Shown: positions 1 to 10,288, counted from the first letter of the stretch. The stretch: 16,021 bases of DNA from Bugula neritina (GCA_964035545.1 CAXIUT010000234.1:1-16021), one strand, 5' to 3'. Notes: generated from the sequence alone by a model not told the origin. Numbers and translations: made by a program.

Positions 1-70
1 CCCAACCCCAACCCCAACCCCAACCCCAACCCCAACCCCAACCCCAACCCCAACCCCAACCCCAACCCCA
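1..70. repeat. Left telomere, (CCCCAA)n, Tetrahymena-type C4A2
   Basis: Perfect CCCCAA tandem array from base 1, ending ...CCCCA at 70. Confidence 0.99.
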
Positions 71-211
71 GATATTGTAAATCAAATATAATCATTTAGA
101 TGAATAGTCAATATTGTATTTATGTATGAGAATGAATCAACTAAAATAAAATTATTTTTATAAACTCTTTAGCTTTTCAATAGTTCATAATTATTTGAAA
201 AAGATTTAAGA

Positions 212-995
212 ATGAGTTTCAAGACCCTCTCAGACTATAAAAAAGACTGTACTTCTTAATCTATTTAGAAAAAAAAGGAGACGACAAGAAAAAAAATACT
301 ACTTCTTACACTGGAGGATAAAGCAGTGGATTGGGAGTCATCAATCCAGATGTTGCAGGTATCATGTAAAAAGCATAAAAAAATTCAAAGTAACTTCTCT
401 TTTATCTAGATCTCCAGAAGAATACTCTAAAGAAGAAAAGGGAAAAGGAGGTAATGTGGTCAAAATAACTTTATATTAAAATGGATATACGATAGATGAT
501 GGAGATTTCAATGACTACAGTGACCCTAAAAACAAAGAGTTTATGAAAAAACTAAATGAAGGATATATTCCACCTGAACTAAGAAAGAAATACCCCAATG
601 GAGAGCTATCGGTTAGTTTGAGTGATAAGACAGGATAGAAATATATTCCACCACCTCCTCCAGCATATGTTTAATTTTCAGGAAGTGGAGTTTCTTTATC
701 AGAGCCAGCAAAATAGACAAAATTTGCTAAAAAATCAAAAGCATGTTAAAATTTTATCTTACAACCCAACAAAAACAAAGAAGTCACCACTATGAGAGTG
801 CGTCTATCTAACGGAACTACTATAACTATGTAGGCGAATCTCGATTCATCACTTCAAGAAGTGCATAATCACATAGCGACAGTGAGTGGTTTATCTTCAT
901 TTAGTTTGGTAGGAGGGTATCCACCGAAGCCATTGGATATGAAGTCGACAGTGGAGGCAAGTGATTTGGCTGATGGCACATTGATTCAGAAATGA
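212..995 (+). CDS. SEP + UBX domain p97/Cdc48 cofactor (p47/p37/Shp1 family), 247 aa; introns 249-268 and 390-409
   Basis: Spliced frame with TAR=E reads MSFKTLSDYKKDEKK...SYTGGESSGLGVINP. SEP domain: VKITLYENGYTIDDGDFNDYSDPKNKEFMKKLNEGYIPPEL. SHP-box-like FSGSGVSL. UBX domain: TTMRVRLSNG...GGYPPKPL...LIQK, TGA at 993-995. No N-terminal UBA seen. Confidence 0.93.
249..268 (+). other. 20-nt spliceosomal intron
   Basis: gtacttcttaatctatttag; removal joins ATG 212 to the YTGG frame. Confidence 0.9.
390..409 (+). other. 20-nt spliceosomal intron
   Basis: gtaacttctcttttatctag; removal joins the upstream frame to the SEP-domain frame. Confidence 0.9.
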
Positions 996-1024
996 TCTTA
1001 TGATGATGATAGTGATAATAATTA

Positions 1025-2053
1025 ATGAATAAAAATCAATATAGGTACTAACCTCATATATCTAAGATTCAAGCTAATTTAAAAGAAATGAAATAATCTG
1101 TAAATGATTATCTTAAAAAGAATAATAAAGATGGAGTTCCACCTATCTTGAGGGGAAGACATTATCTTCTATTAGATACTATTAATAGTCTTAATTCTAG
1201 TAAAACTATCGATAGTCCTAAAAAATTAATCAAAGATATAAGCTCATAAAATATTCATCATCAAATCACCTAAAACGATAAATTTTAGCCTTTAAGAGGT
1301 ATTTGTTAGAAACAATAAAAAAATAAAATTGTTAAACAAAAAAAAATAGTTACTGGCAGCAATAGCTTCTACAATAACTCCATACAACCTGAACTCAATT
1401 GTCTTCTACCCAATATATGTGATCTAAAATTCATTAAAAACAAAAATATGACCCCAACTGTTAACTCGAAACGGTAGTTAAGTAAATAGAAAAGACTTAA
1501 CTAAAATAGAACAATGTTGAACTAACAAAATTCAATAAGATAGAACTATCTGAATAACTATCAGAGTATAGATTTGTGTGAGCAAAGTCATTTGATAAGT
1601 CCAAAGATAGACAAAAATACATTGAAAGGGACTAAAAGAAAATGGATATCTAAATCAGTCAATAAACAATATCAATAACCATACTACTTTGATAAATTTT
1701 CTGACTATTATCCTAAAGCCACCATGAATAGCTATATCTAAAACAGTAAAATCATAAAATATGATGATAGCTAAGTAAATATGAATGATTCGTCTGCTAT
1801 CATCGAGGAGTTGGGCAATGTGCAGCATGTGAATCCTCGTCGGAAAGTATTTCAGAAGATAGGGAGTTAGCTTGATAAATCATTGAAATATAAGAATTCT
1901 AGTAAAAAAATAACTATTTCTACTTCTCAAAAATTCAAAATGAAAAGTAAGGAGAGTAATCCTGAGATGGATGGGCAGAGGTTTGATCCTTGGTAGAACT
2001 AGTAAATCGGTAGGCGAGAAGATGAGTTTATTTTGGATAATGATATCTATTGA
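1025..2053 (+). CDS. Hypothetical K/N/S-rich protein, about 342 aa (alternative start ATG 1088)
   Basis: TGA-free frame from ATG 1025 (MNKNQYRYEPHISKIQANLKEM...) to ...FDPWENEEIGRREDEFILDNDIY, TGA 2051-2053. It fills the gap between flanking genes. No recognisable domain. Confidence 0.75.
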
Positions 2054-2074
2054 TCTTTTTACAGTCATAAAACA

Positions 2075-5000
2075 TCAACTATAAAATTTCCTAACATACT
2101 TTGCTCTATTTAAAACCAGTTCATAGTATATTTTGAACTGTTTTTTGAATTTTTGGTGGGTTAACTATGTTTCAAATACTGGTGCTATGGGTGCTCCTTT
2201 GATCTTTGAAAAACATTCAAGAATTTTATGTTTTTCTGGAATAACATCATTGGTAAGTAATGATTAAGAGTTAACTAGTTTGAGTAGTCTATTGAGTTAT
2301 CTTTATTTTCTCTTTATTTAGATAGAATCATTGCCTTTGATTTTATTGAATTCGAGGATATATTTCCAACGATATGAGGCTAGCTGTTAGTAGTTGTCTC
2401 TGATGAAAAGAGATAGTTTTAGTTCGTATTCTTTTCTGGCTGTACAGAATTCTTTCCATTGGACGTGAATTATATCTTTTAGTACTTTTGTGTATATTTT
2501 TCTTTACTAGGAGACCCATCTTTCAGTTTGTTTCATGTTATCAGGGATGTTTATTTAGCTATTTTTTGGTTTGAAAAAGAAGTCGTAATGATGAGAATAT
2601 AGCAAGATATCAACTATACCTCCATGTGTACTTTTTCTATCGAAAGGTCGATAAAAAGTCTCAACTTTCCAATCGCTTTTACTTGCTTCAACCCAACTGA
2701 TACTTTTCTTAAGCTAGCTTTAAAACCTTTTCAAAACAGGATAATCTTATCTCTATGCCATCAATTTATTCTCTTTCAAAGTTGACAAAGTGACTGGAAA
2801 TGGAAGTTTTAGTTTACAAATAGGGCTTATACTTAGTACTGTTTCTAATTTGACTGGTTTATGTTTTTATTGGATGGGTTTGAAGTTGAGTTCTTATCTG
2901 CATATCAGTGGACTTTTATTTTAGAAGGATGGAGTTGGTTTGATGTATAATAATAAAAATTTCTTCCATTGACATTTCATATGAAACATTCTTTATCTTT
3001 TTTAGTTGCTCAGCCATTTTCCTACTTTCTATATTTTTCTGGTTTTTATCCAAAGACTACCTAATTCTTGACTAATTTTTTTTCTTAAAGAGTATTATAC
3101 CAGAGATGATATGATATTTTTTCTTAATGATGATATTTTGTTTGATTTCCATTTTTTCATGGCATTTCCTATAACTTTTTTGATTAGAGCAAATGATTTA
3201 GGTTTTTATTAACTTAATGTTTTAAGTATACTTAATGCCCTTTGTTTATATAATAGATTTTTCATATTATTAGCTACTTTATTAAAACATTTTTTACTAC
3301 TTCTTTATTTCATTTTTAATTTTTTTGCTTTATTTAAACTAGATATAAATAAAGAAGTGATAAATGTTTTTTTGAAGATTTAAGATATAGCTACAATACA
3401 TTGATCTGGTTCTGGTTAATTGATAACAAGTGATTTATGGGTAGATCTTTTTTTAATACATTATTAATATTTTTATTGTAATAATATTTATTTTCTCTAC
3501 TGTGCTGCATCTCTTCTTTATTAATAACTTAATAATTTATGAGTTTTATTGTTGGTAGGCATAGTTAGCTTCTTTTTATTACTTTTTGTATGTTTTATAT
3601 GATTGTAATGATCTCTTATTATTCTATCTGCTTTTTATGTTTAAACTAAATATTTTATAGATTATCTAGCACTATTGACAGTTCTATGTCTTTATTTTCT
3701 TTTAATTGTGTGTTTTCTTTTTATTTTTACCTAGTTTTCTATCATATTTAAAGGTAATTGAGGTCTAGATTAGTTTAATATATTTTTAAATACTTTTTAT
3801 TAATCTTGAATATTTTAAAAATATCTTTACTTTCCTGCTTTATAACTTATTAATCTATCAATATAATCTTCACTATTTTTAGGTAACTAAGGAGTACAAT
3901 TAGCACTTTTATATTTTAAGTGTTTTCTTGATTTTAGTTGAGAATTAGGTTTACATGTTATTTTATTAGGAAATAACTTGATATTGACTTTTTTTAATAC
4001 TTATGAGAAATAATAAGTTTACTATTTATTTAGATTTCCTTTATCTTTAGAAACTAAAAGTATTATTGAATTTTATTGTAGTTAAAAATCAATTATTTTA
4101 GTAGACTTATCTTTAACTATATGATATGGTTAGTGATAAATAATGCCTTCTTATCCACCTATTATCTCTGACAATCCTTTTCCCCATATATACAACTAAT
4201 TTGCTGAAGTAAGTCCACCAAATTTACATTAGTATCCTTTGATATCAACAAATTTTAATTTTTTAGTATCAACTAGAGTAGGCTCCAGAAGATGTTATCC
4301 TTTTAATGTTCTTTCATTATTATATAAGTACATGCCCCATTAATAAACATTCCCATCGATTCCTAAAGCTATTGAATAACTTGTTGATGCAAAAGCTTTT
4401 ACTATTGGCTCTTTTATTTCTATTTCTTATAATGACTAATAGAAACTCTAAATAGAATTTATATTTACTTTGTTGTATTCTTTTAGTCCTAAAGCCAAAT
4501 TTTTACATCCCCAGCCGAATAATCTGCCCTACTAGGTCCATACTAGTCCGTGATATTTACCCAGACTCATTCCTTTTGGAGTTTCAATGATAGATGTCTT
4601 CTTGCCGATTGGAAAACGAATCAACTCTTAATCTTTTGTGTTTAATTGATATAGTTTTACTGTGTTTTAGAGGGTTTTTACTGAGCTGTAGTACCATATT
4701 GATCCTTATTTTATGTTTTATTCGACATAATATGCGTCGATAAGTCCTGAATAAGTTCCATTTGATAATATAATTTTTCTTAATTTTTCACTCTTAAACT
4801 CAGGTTTACTAGTCCATGTCACAAGAATGATATCTTTACGTTTACTTTCAAATAATAGTTGCCCTTCTCCTAAATAAACCCTTTTTGCTTTAACTTTTAT
4901 CAGCTCTGTGAGGTTGACAGGCTGTCTGAAAATGTTACCAACGACCCATAGACATCCCTTCTCTATATTGCTGCATTATTACAATCAATTAAGGCGATGA

Positions 5001-5175
5001 TTCCGTTGTAGCAGGCCATGGCTGATGGAATTTTATTTTCATTTGAGTGTTATTATTGATCTTAGTTGATTTTTAGAGGACCTGAAGGAGCAGTGAATGC
5101 TTTTATGGTGCCGGATGGTTGTCCAAGAATGAGGATATTGGGTTTCCAGTCACAGTAGAATGGTTGTTCTATCAT
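2075..5175 (-). CDS. RCC1-like repeat protein with long basic/coiled-coil C-terminal region, about 1026 aa; intron 4963-4982
   Basis: One 20-nt intron gives a continuous frame of about 3 kb. RCC1-type repeats: SLGKYHGLVWTEEGRLFGWG, FASTSYSIALGIDGNVYEWG, KFGGLTSANELYIWG. Two further 21-nt in-frame intron candidates (4311-4331, 4448-4468) cannot be excluded. Confidence 0.85.
4963..4982 (-). other. 20-nt spliceosomal intron
   Basis: gtaataatgcagcaatatag on the minus strand; without it the ATG 5175 frame hits TGA shortly afterwards. Confidence 0.88.
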
Positions 5176-5208
5176 AATAGAAATTAATTTATATTAATAT
5201 TATGAAGA

Positions 5209-7141
5209 TCATGATAAGTATTGAATCAAAAAGCTCTATTTCTTTAGTTACATATTTTAATTTTGTATTTTCTAAAGGATTTATTCTTTCAATTCTTTGT
5301 TCAAAATATCTTTTTGTTTATTTTTATTCAGTGAAGAATCAAGTTCAATGTTGAGGAACTGTCTGTAGCCTGGTAAAATCGACTATCTTAGTATCAATGC
5401 CTGCTTTTATTAGTTACAATTACATGATGCATGAAGTAAGAGAGAGGCAAATACTTGATTTCCAAAGGAGTTGAAGTTGAAATTATTGATTAAAGTTCTG
5501 ATTTGTTCGATTGATAGTACATTGTCAATGATAGTTAGTGGATGATTCAGTACCTTAGAAACAAGTTATTTGAGTATATCTTGTTTAATTTGTGAGTAGT
5601 ATTAGTCTTCGAGAAGAAACATTTAAAGCAAAGTTGAAAGAATGTAGTTGGGATTGATTAAAATAACCTTTTTTTGTATATATTGACTGATCCATTCAAA
5701 GACATGCTATAAAGAAGCTATTTGTTATTCAGAGATAGTTTTTCCGTTTAAATCGGATAAAGTATTGAAGAGGAGAAATGAACAGATGAGTTGTGCTTTT
5801 TATCCTGGAGTATTTGATATATTTTATACAAGTTGCCAACTTTGTCCACCGATGAATCTACAGAGAAAGACGACTTGGAATATATACTAAGGATTAATAT
5901 TCCCAACTACTTTGAATGAATTTTTATACTAATGTTTATATTGAAGGAGTCCATAGTTGTCTTTGATTTTGAATGTTGACATATGATTATTTATTTCTTT
6001 TGATGATAAGTTTATTGATAAACTAATACAAAAACTTCAAGTACTCTAGAAGTTATTAAAGATCTCCACATTTATCAACACTTTTATAAGTAGTAAGCCA
6101 ATATCCATCATTTTCTGATTCTTCTAATAAAGATAGCTAAACTATAGCATCAATACTTTTTAGCCAATTATTGATTTGAACATCTTAATCATCTTAAGAG
6201 AGGGATAGTTAAATAAAATTTAATGAGGTTTTGATATCGTTTTTGTCTTTTTATTAAATATCAAGTATTTTTATTCTAGAAATAGCGATAGATATTTTGC
6301 TTTTTATTTACGATTTAGTTTTTTTATTGATGTAATCTTTCATGTTTGTTATCACCTCAGCAAGTGACGTACAGAGTTAGAGAAATACACTTTTATAAGA
6401 AGTCGAATTGACTATTTTTAGAGAAAGGAATAATATTTTTATAAGTTATCGGACAAGTTGACCTACATGCAGAGGTACCTTATTTACATAAATGAGTTAT
6501 CTTGTCTTAGTTGTAGCTAAGTTAGTAATAGCTTTCATCCAGTAGTCTAGATATTTACCTCCTGTCACTTGAGATTGGTTGTTTTATGAACCTACACATA
6601 AAGCTAACTTATTAAAATCTATGAATTCTTCAGAAGTATTTTAGGTGTATTCAAGGTTTTAGTCTTTAAGATTTAGTTTTAGGTATTATTTCCAACTTTA
6701 ATTTTTTACCGCTTAATTCTCTTATGATATAGTTTTGTTTGAGAATTATTATTCTTCTTTCTTTTAGGCTTTAGTTTTAACAGGATTTGCTTTGTTTTTA
6801 GTTAGTTTGCTCAGAAAGACTTTTGGCAGTTCGAATTGTAGAGATTTGATGGTTTATTCACGTTCAGATTGACTCATCTTATCAATAGCTTTCCAATTTT
6901 ATTAGTCTATTTTCCCTAGTTCCTCTTCTTTAAGTACATCTTTGTCATTTATAGAGTGTAAAAAGCTCTTGGGAAGTAGCTTTTCTTCTTGGAATTTTTC
7001 TTCAGATGGCTCATTGGTTGAAAGTTGATTTTTTTCAATGATGCAAGGTGCAATAGGAAAGCCATTATCTTATTCTTTCATTTTGGACCGAGCTTCTTTG
7101 ATTCTTTGTTTGAAGAGTGACACTTTCTCTTAGCCTTTCAT
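5209..7141 (-). CDS. RPAP1: RNA polymerase II-associated protein 1 (RPAP1/Rba50)-like, about 636 aa; intron 6023-6044
   Basis: MKGEEKVSLFKQRIK...NGFPIAP..., then KIDEENWKAIDKMSQSEREETIKSLQFELPKVFLSKL, which resembles the RPAP1 N-terminal motif (I.EEN..L..MS.EEI......L...L....L..L). A helical repeat-like region follows; TGA at 5209-5211. Confidence 0.65.
6023..6044 (-). other. 22-nt spliceosomal intron (inferred)
   Basis: gtacttgaagtttttgtattag; the only GTA...AG of typical size I found that connects the upstream and downstream coding frames. Confidence 0.7.
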
Positions 7142-7170
7142 TCCAATTTGCTATATTGAGCTAAAAATTA

Positions 7171-7290
7171 ATTATAAGTTAATGAATCATTTTCTTTTTA
7201 AACTTGAATATTTATAAGTTAATCAGTCATTTTCTTTTTAAACTTGAATAATTATAAGTTAGTCAATCATTTTCTTTTTAAACTTGAATA
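7171..7290. repeat. 40-bp tandem repeat, 3 copies (7171-7210, 7211-7250, 7251-7290)
   Basis: Unit is wttataagttartsartcattttctttttaaacttgaata; the last 24 nt are identical in all three copies. Confidence 0.97.
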
Positions 7291-8520
7291 CTTGGAACGT
7301 GTATCTCCATTAATGGTGATATTCATGGTGCTTTAACTCCATTTTGACTAGTTTTCATTCGATTTAACACTTTTCTTTCAATCTATTGGATCTTTAGTTT
7401 GGCAGATGAAGAAGCCCTTGAAACGATTTCTTCTCTAGAATGATTTCTGGATCTATTTTTCATGAGAGAATCTATTTACCCTGTTCTTTATTCAATGTTA
7501 TGGGTGTAGGGGATGAGAGACCTTTTCAATATTTATTCTATGTCTCTTTTTTATTTATGACTAGAATTCTATTTGATGGGCTATATATTTTTTTTAAAGA
7601 AGTGATTGATATTTAAATCATTTTACTATTGCATTACTCGAGGGTACATTGAACTTCTTTAATTTTTGATTATTTATTTTTATTTATGATCAGATTTTCT
7701 ATGAATTAGACCTGCTAATTTATTTGTTTTTAAAGGAATATCTGTTGATTGAGTTTATTGATATATTTTTATTTCTTTTGTAGGTATATGACTTCCATAT
7801 TGTCGATTTGATTTAAAATATCTAATTAGGTTAATTATTTATTTTTTTATATGATTTTTTATTGATAGTTTTATTACTTAACCATTTTATCTAGATTTAT
7901 TGATTATTATTTCCAAAAAATGTGTTTTAGTGGTAGTTGTTCAACATCTTATCCCAGAAGATACTTACTTAATAAACTAATATTTAGTCTGCTGTAAATA
8001 TTAAGACAACTTAGTACTTAAACAAGCATTGTTTTAGTGAGATATAGTTGGCTTTGAGGATAGAATTTATTTAAACATAGTTTTAGTGTTTACAAATCAT
8101 TAATAACGTTATTTCTTTGTATTTATATTTATTTATAACTTTTTAGTGCTACTTTTATTAGTTAGAGTATTCCTTATTCTGCTTTATATATTTTTTCTGA
8201 GTGAATAGATTTAGGATTAGCAAACTGGAAAAACATATTTTGGAAGAGATCGATATCTAGTTTAGAATATTTATTGAATCCAAAATATTTGTTAATAAAT
8301 TTGAGATCTTTCTTATCCAAAACTATATCTTTTCTTTAAGAAAAGCATAAAGATCCTAAACAAATATCTACTAGCATTCTAGATGATCCACTACTTTAAA
8401 CAATTCTGATAGTTACGATAGATCAATTGATGCTTTGATTTGATCTATTTGTAGTTAGCTGGTGATGATGGTGGTGATGAGGGTGGTGAATGCGGGTGGA
8501 AATGTAGGTTATTCGATCAT
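7267..8520 (-). CDS. Degenerate EF-hand-like protein with 2-3 unresolved frame discontinuities (possible pseudogene, assembly indels, atypical introns or recoding); 3' end at 7267 or 7323
   Basis: ATG 8520 reads MIEEPTFPPAFTTLITTIITSELQIDQIK...LFKVVDHLECEEIFVEDLYAFLKEK. Protein-like sequence then continues one base back (DIVLDKKDLKFINKYFGFNKYSKLDIDLFQNMF...). A third frame carries KRDIEEILKRSLIPY...SREEIVSRASSS. The resemblance to ciliate tandem EF-hand proteins is by eye only. Confidence 0.55.
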
Positions 8521-8580
8521 TTTCTATTAGTTTTTATAATAATGGAATAATAAATTAATATGATATATTTGTGCTGATGA

Positions 8581-8808
8581 TCACTATGGGGCTAGGTCGT
8601 AGATGAAGGACTAGAATAGATGAGAAGGTACTAGTTTTGCGATGACTGTTTTATAGAATTAAATATCTTTTTTTATTTTGTGTTTGCTTTGTTTGAGGTA
8701 TTATGTTTTGATGTGGATGTCTTGAAGTTCGTGTTCCATTCTTGTTACTTTTTTCTAGCTTAAATATCTAGTTACATCTACTATCTTTTAGGTTTAGTTC
8801 ATGTTCAT
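8581..8808 (-). CDS. Small hypothetical coiled-coil protein, about 75 aa (start could be 8802, 8808 or 8832)
   Basis: MNMNETEKIVDVTRYLSEKKVTRMEHELQDIHIKTEYLKQSKHKIKKDIEFYKTVIAKLVPSHLFESFIYDLAPE, TGA at 8581-8583. Confidence 0.6.
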
Positions 8809-8855
8809 TTAATCAACTATTATAACCCGCATAAAGTTGTATATTCTTATAAATA

Positions 8856-9280
8856 ATGAGTAAGTAATAATCTATCTTTCTTACCCAGGGATTGGCTGCT
8901 TCTCAAATGAGAAAAAGAACAGTGCAAAATTATATTGCTGATACTCAGAACAATGAAATCAACTAGATTCGATAAAAAACAGAAGAACTGATAGTAAAGG
9001 TTCAATAGATAAAGCCGCATGAGAGTACTAGTGAGTATCGCAAGTTGAGACGTCAGATGAAGCAGGCAAAATCCAGGCTGAATCTTAGTCGATAAAAATA
9101 TAGAAATGTATTGGTATTGATTTGACATTTGCTAAAAAATGTATAACTAACGAAGGAATGCCTTGTTATGATAATATTTTAAATGTTTTGGAGAAATAGG
9201 AGAAGTAGAATAGATAGTTGTTGGAAGAGTTGGTTAGTTTGGAGGATAGAATGGGTAGAATTGAAAATTAGATTGGATGA
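8856..9280 (+). CDS. Small hypothetical coiled-coil protein, about 134 aa; intron 9025-9044
   Basis: MSKEESIFLTQGLAASQMRKRTVQNYIADTQNNEINEIREKTEELIVKVQEIKPHE, then after the intron IETSDEAGKIQAESES...ILNVLEKEEKENRELLEELVSLEDRMGRIENEIG, TGA at 9278-9280. Confidence 0.7.
9025..9044 (+). other. 20-nt spliceosomal intron (inferred)
   Basis: gtactagtgagtatcgcaag; reconciles the two halves of the ORF, but is more GC-rich than the other introns. Confidence 0.6.
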
Positions 9281-9467
9281 TAGTTATATTATTTATGTCA
9301 TTTCTGTCTTAAGGGGTCATTAGTAGTAAAATTTGATAGATATTGAAAAATGAAAAACGATATTAGTTACAAACTTTCATTAAGGACATATTATCAAATG
9401 ATAAAGTTGTATTTAATCATTTTGTTTTAGTTAATAAAATATCAATTTGAATCATAGTTAATAAAAG

Positions 9468-10288
9468 ATGTTGTTATCAAAACTGAAACAAACCTTACCC
9501 CTTATCTCAAGTACACTTTATATCACTAAGAAAGTCAATTTTCATTTGGTCTTATCACTTAGTATAACTAGCGTGCAAACAAAAAGCTTAACATCAATCA
9601 TTCTATTCCTGACAAGCATAGTTTCTTTGTGACTCCTGCTCGACCTGGAAACTTTGGAGATCATATTGATTTTAAAGCTAATATTGATAATTGGTTTGAC
9701 TAGAATAGAGTACATAACTAACATTAAACTGATATCAGAAGAACACAAATTTATATGCTGAGTGCAGTCTATTATGCTGCTCTGGCTAATTTAGCAAGAC
9801 TCTATGCTGTGGCTGCCATTGGCCGACTAAATGGATGGACCAGATATGATAGAAATACATATTTGGAAGTCGATATCTCAGAAATTCCTCCAGGAGAAGT
9901 ACTGCAGATAGTATGGAATGGAACTCCTGTTTTTATCAGAAGATTAACTCAACAGTAAGTCTACCAGGAAGAAAACTAGTATCCAAAGGCAACTCTTCTT
10001 GATCAGGTGAGTGAAGTTTGTCTGAATACAGCTGGTAGTACTCAGATATTGGTTTGTTCTGCAGTTTGTACTCATTTAGGATGTATCCCTATACCATATT
10101 TGGGAGCATATAATGGTTGGGTTTGCATATGCCATGGTTCTGTTTATGACAAATTCGGACGGGTACGTCAAGGCCCAGCTCTTCTGAATCTTCCCTATAT
10201 TAACAATTCTCTGTATGAGGATGGAACATTGCTTTGTATTGAAGAGATGAAGTTTCCAAGAGAACCATCAACTCGTTTCTGGGCATGA
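9468..10288 (+). CDS. UQCRFS1: Mitochondrial cytochrome bc1 Rieske iron-sulfur protein, 266 aa; intron 9511-9530
   Basis: Rieske boxes CTHLGC and CICHGSVYD, plus GPALLNL and WNGTPVFIRRLT. The N-terminus MLLSKLKQTLPLISKSQFSFG looks like a targeting peptide. Track ORFs 9755-9958 and 10007-10288 are one frame joined through TAA/TAG. Confidence 0.98.
9511..9530 (+). other. 20-nt spliceosomal intron
   Basis: gtacactttatatcactaag; joins ATG 9468 to the Rieske frame. Confidence 0.9.

Noticed and set aside
1880-2068. Track ORF, 62 aa, minus
   Set aside because: Antisense shadow of the 1025-2053 gene; an artefact of the standard code.
7171-7290. CRISPR-like array (24-nt repeat with 16-nt spacers)
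   Set aside because: The spacers are near-identical to one another, there are no cas genes, and the context is eukaryotic; it is a tandem repeat.
7323-7530. TGA read as Trp (stopless/ambiguous code)
   Set aside because: Every Trp in the conserved genes is TGG and none of them has an internal in-frame TGA; the apparent cases are confined to the one frame-broken gene.
8459-8491. Poly-His tract (HHPHHHHHH) on the minus strand
   Set aside because: That frame has no nearby ATG and stops at TGA about 35 nt later; the ATG 8520 frame reads TTLITTIIT.
8847-9128. Track ORF, 93 aa hydrophobic, minus
   Set aside because: Antisense of the charged coiled-coil gene 8856-9280; its hydrophobicity is the expected mirror of E/K/R codons.
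9542-9748. Track ORF, 68 aa, minus
   Set aside because: Antisense to the Rieske N-terminal coding region.
9955-9967. gtaagtctaccag as an intron splitting the Rieske ORFs
   Set aside because: At 13 nt it would break the frame; the two ORFs are already in frame with TAA/TAG read as Glu.
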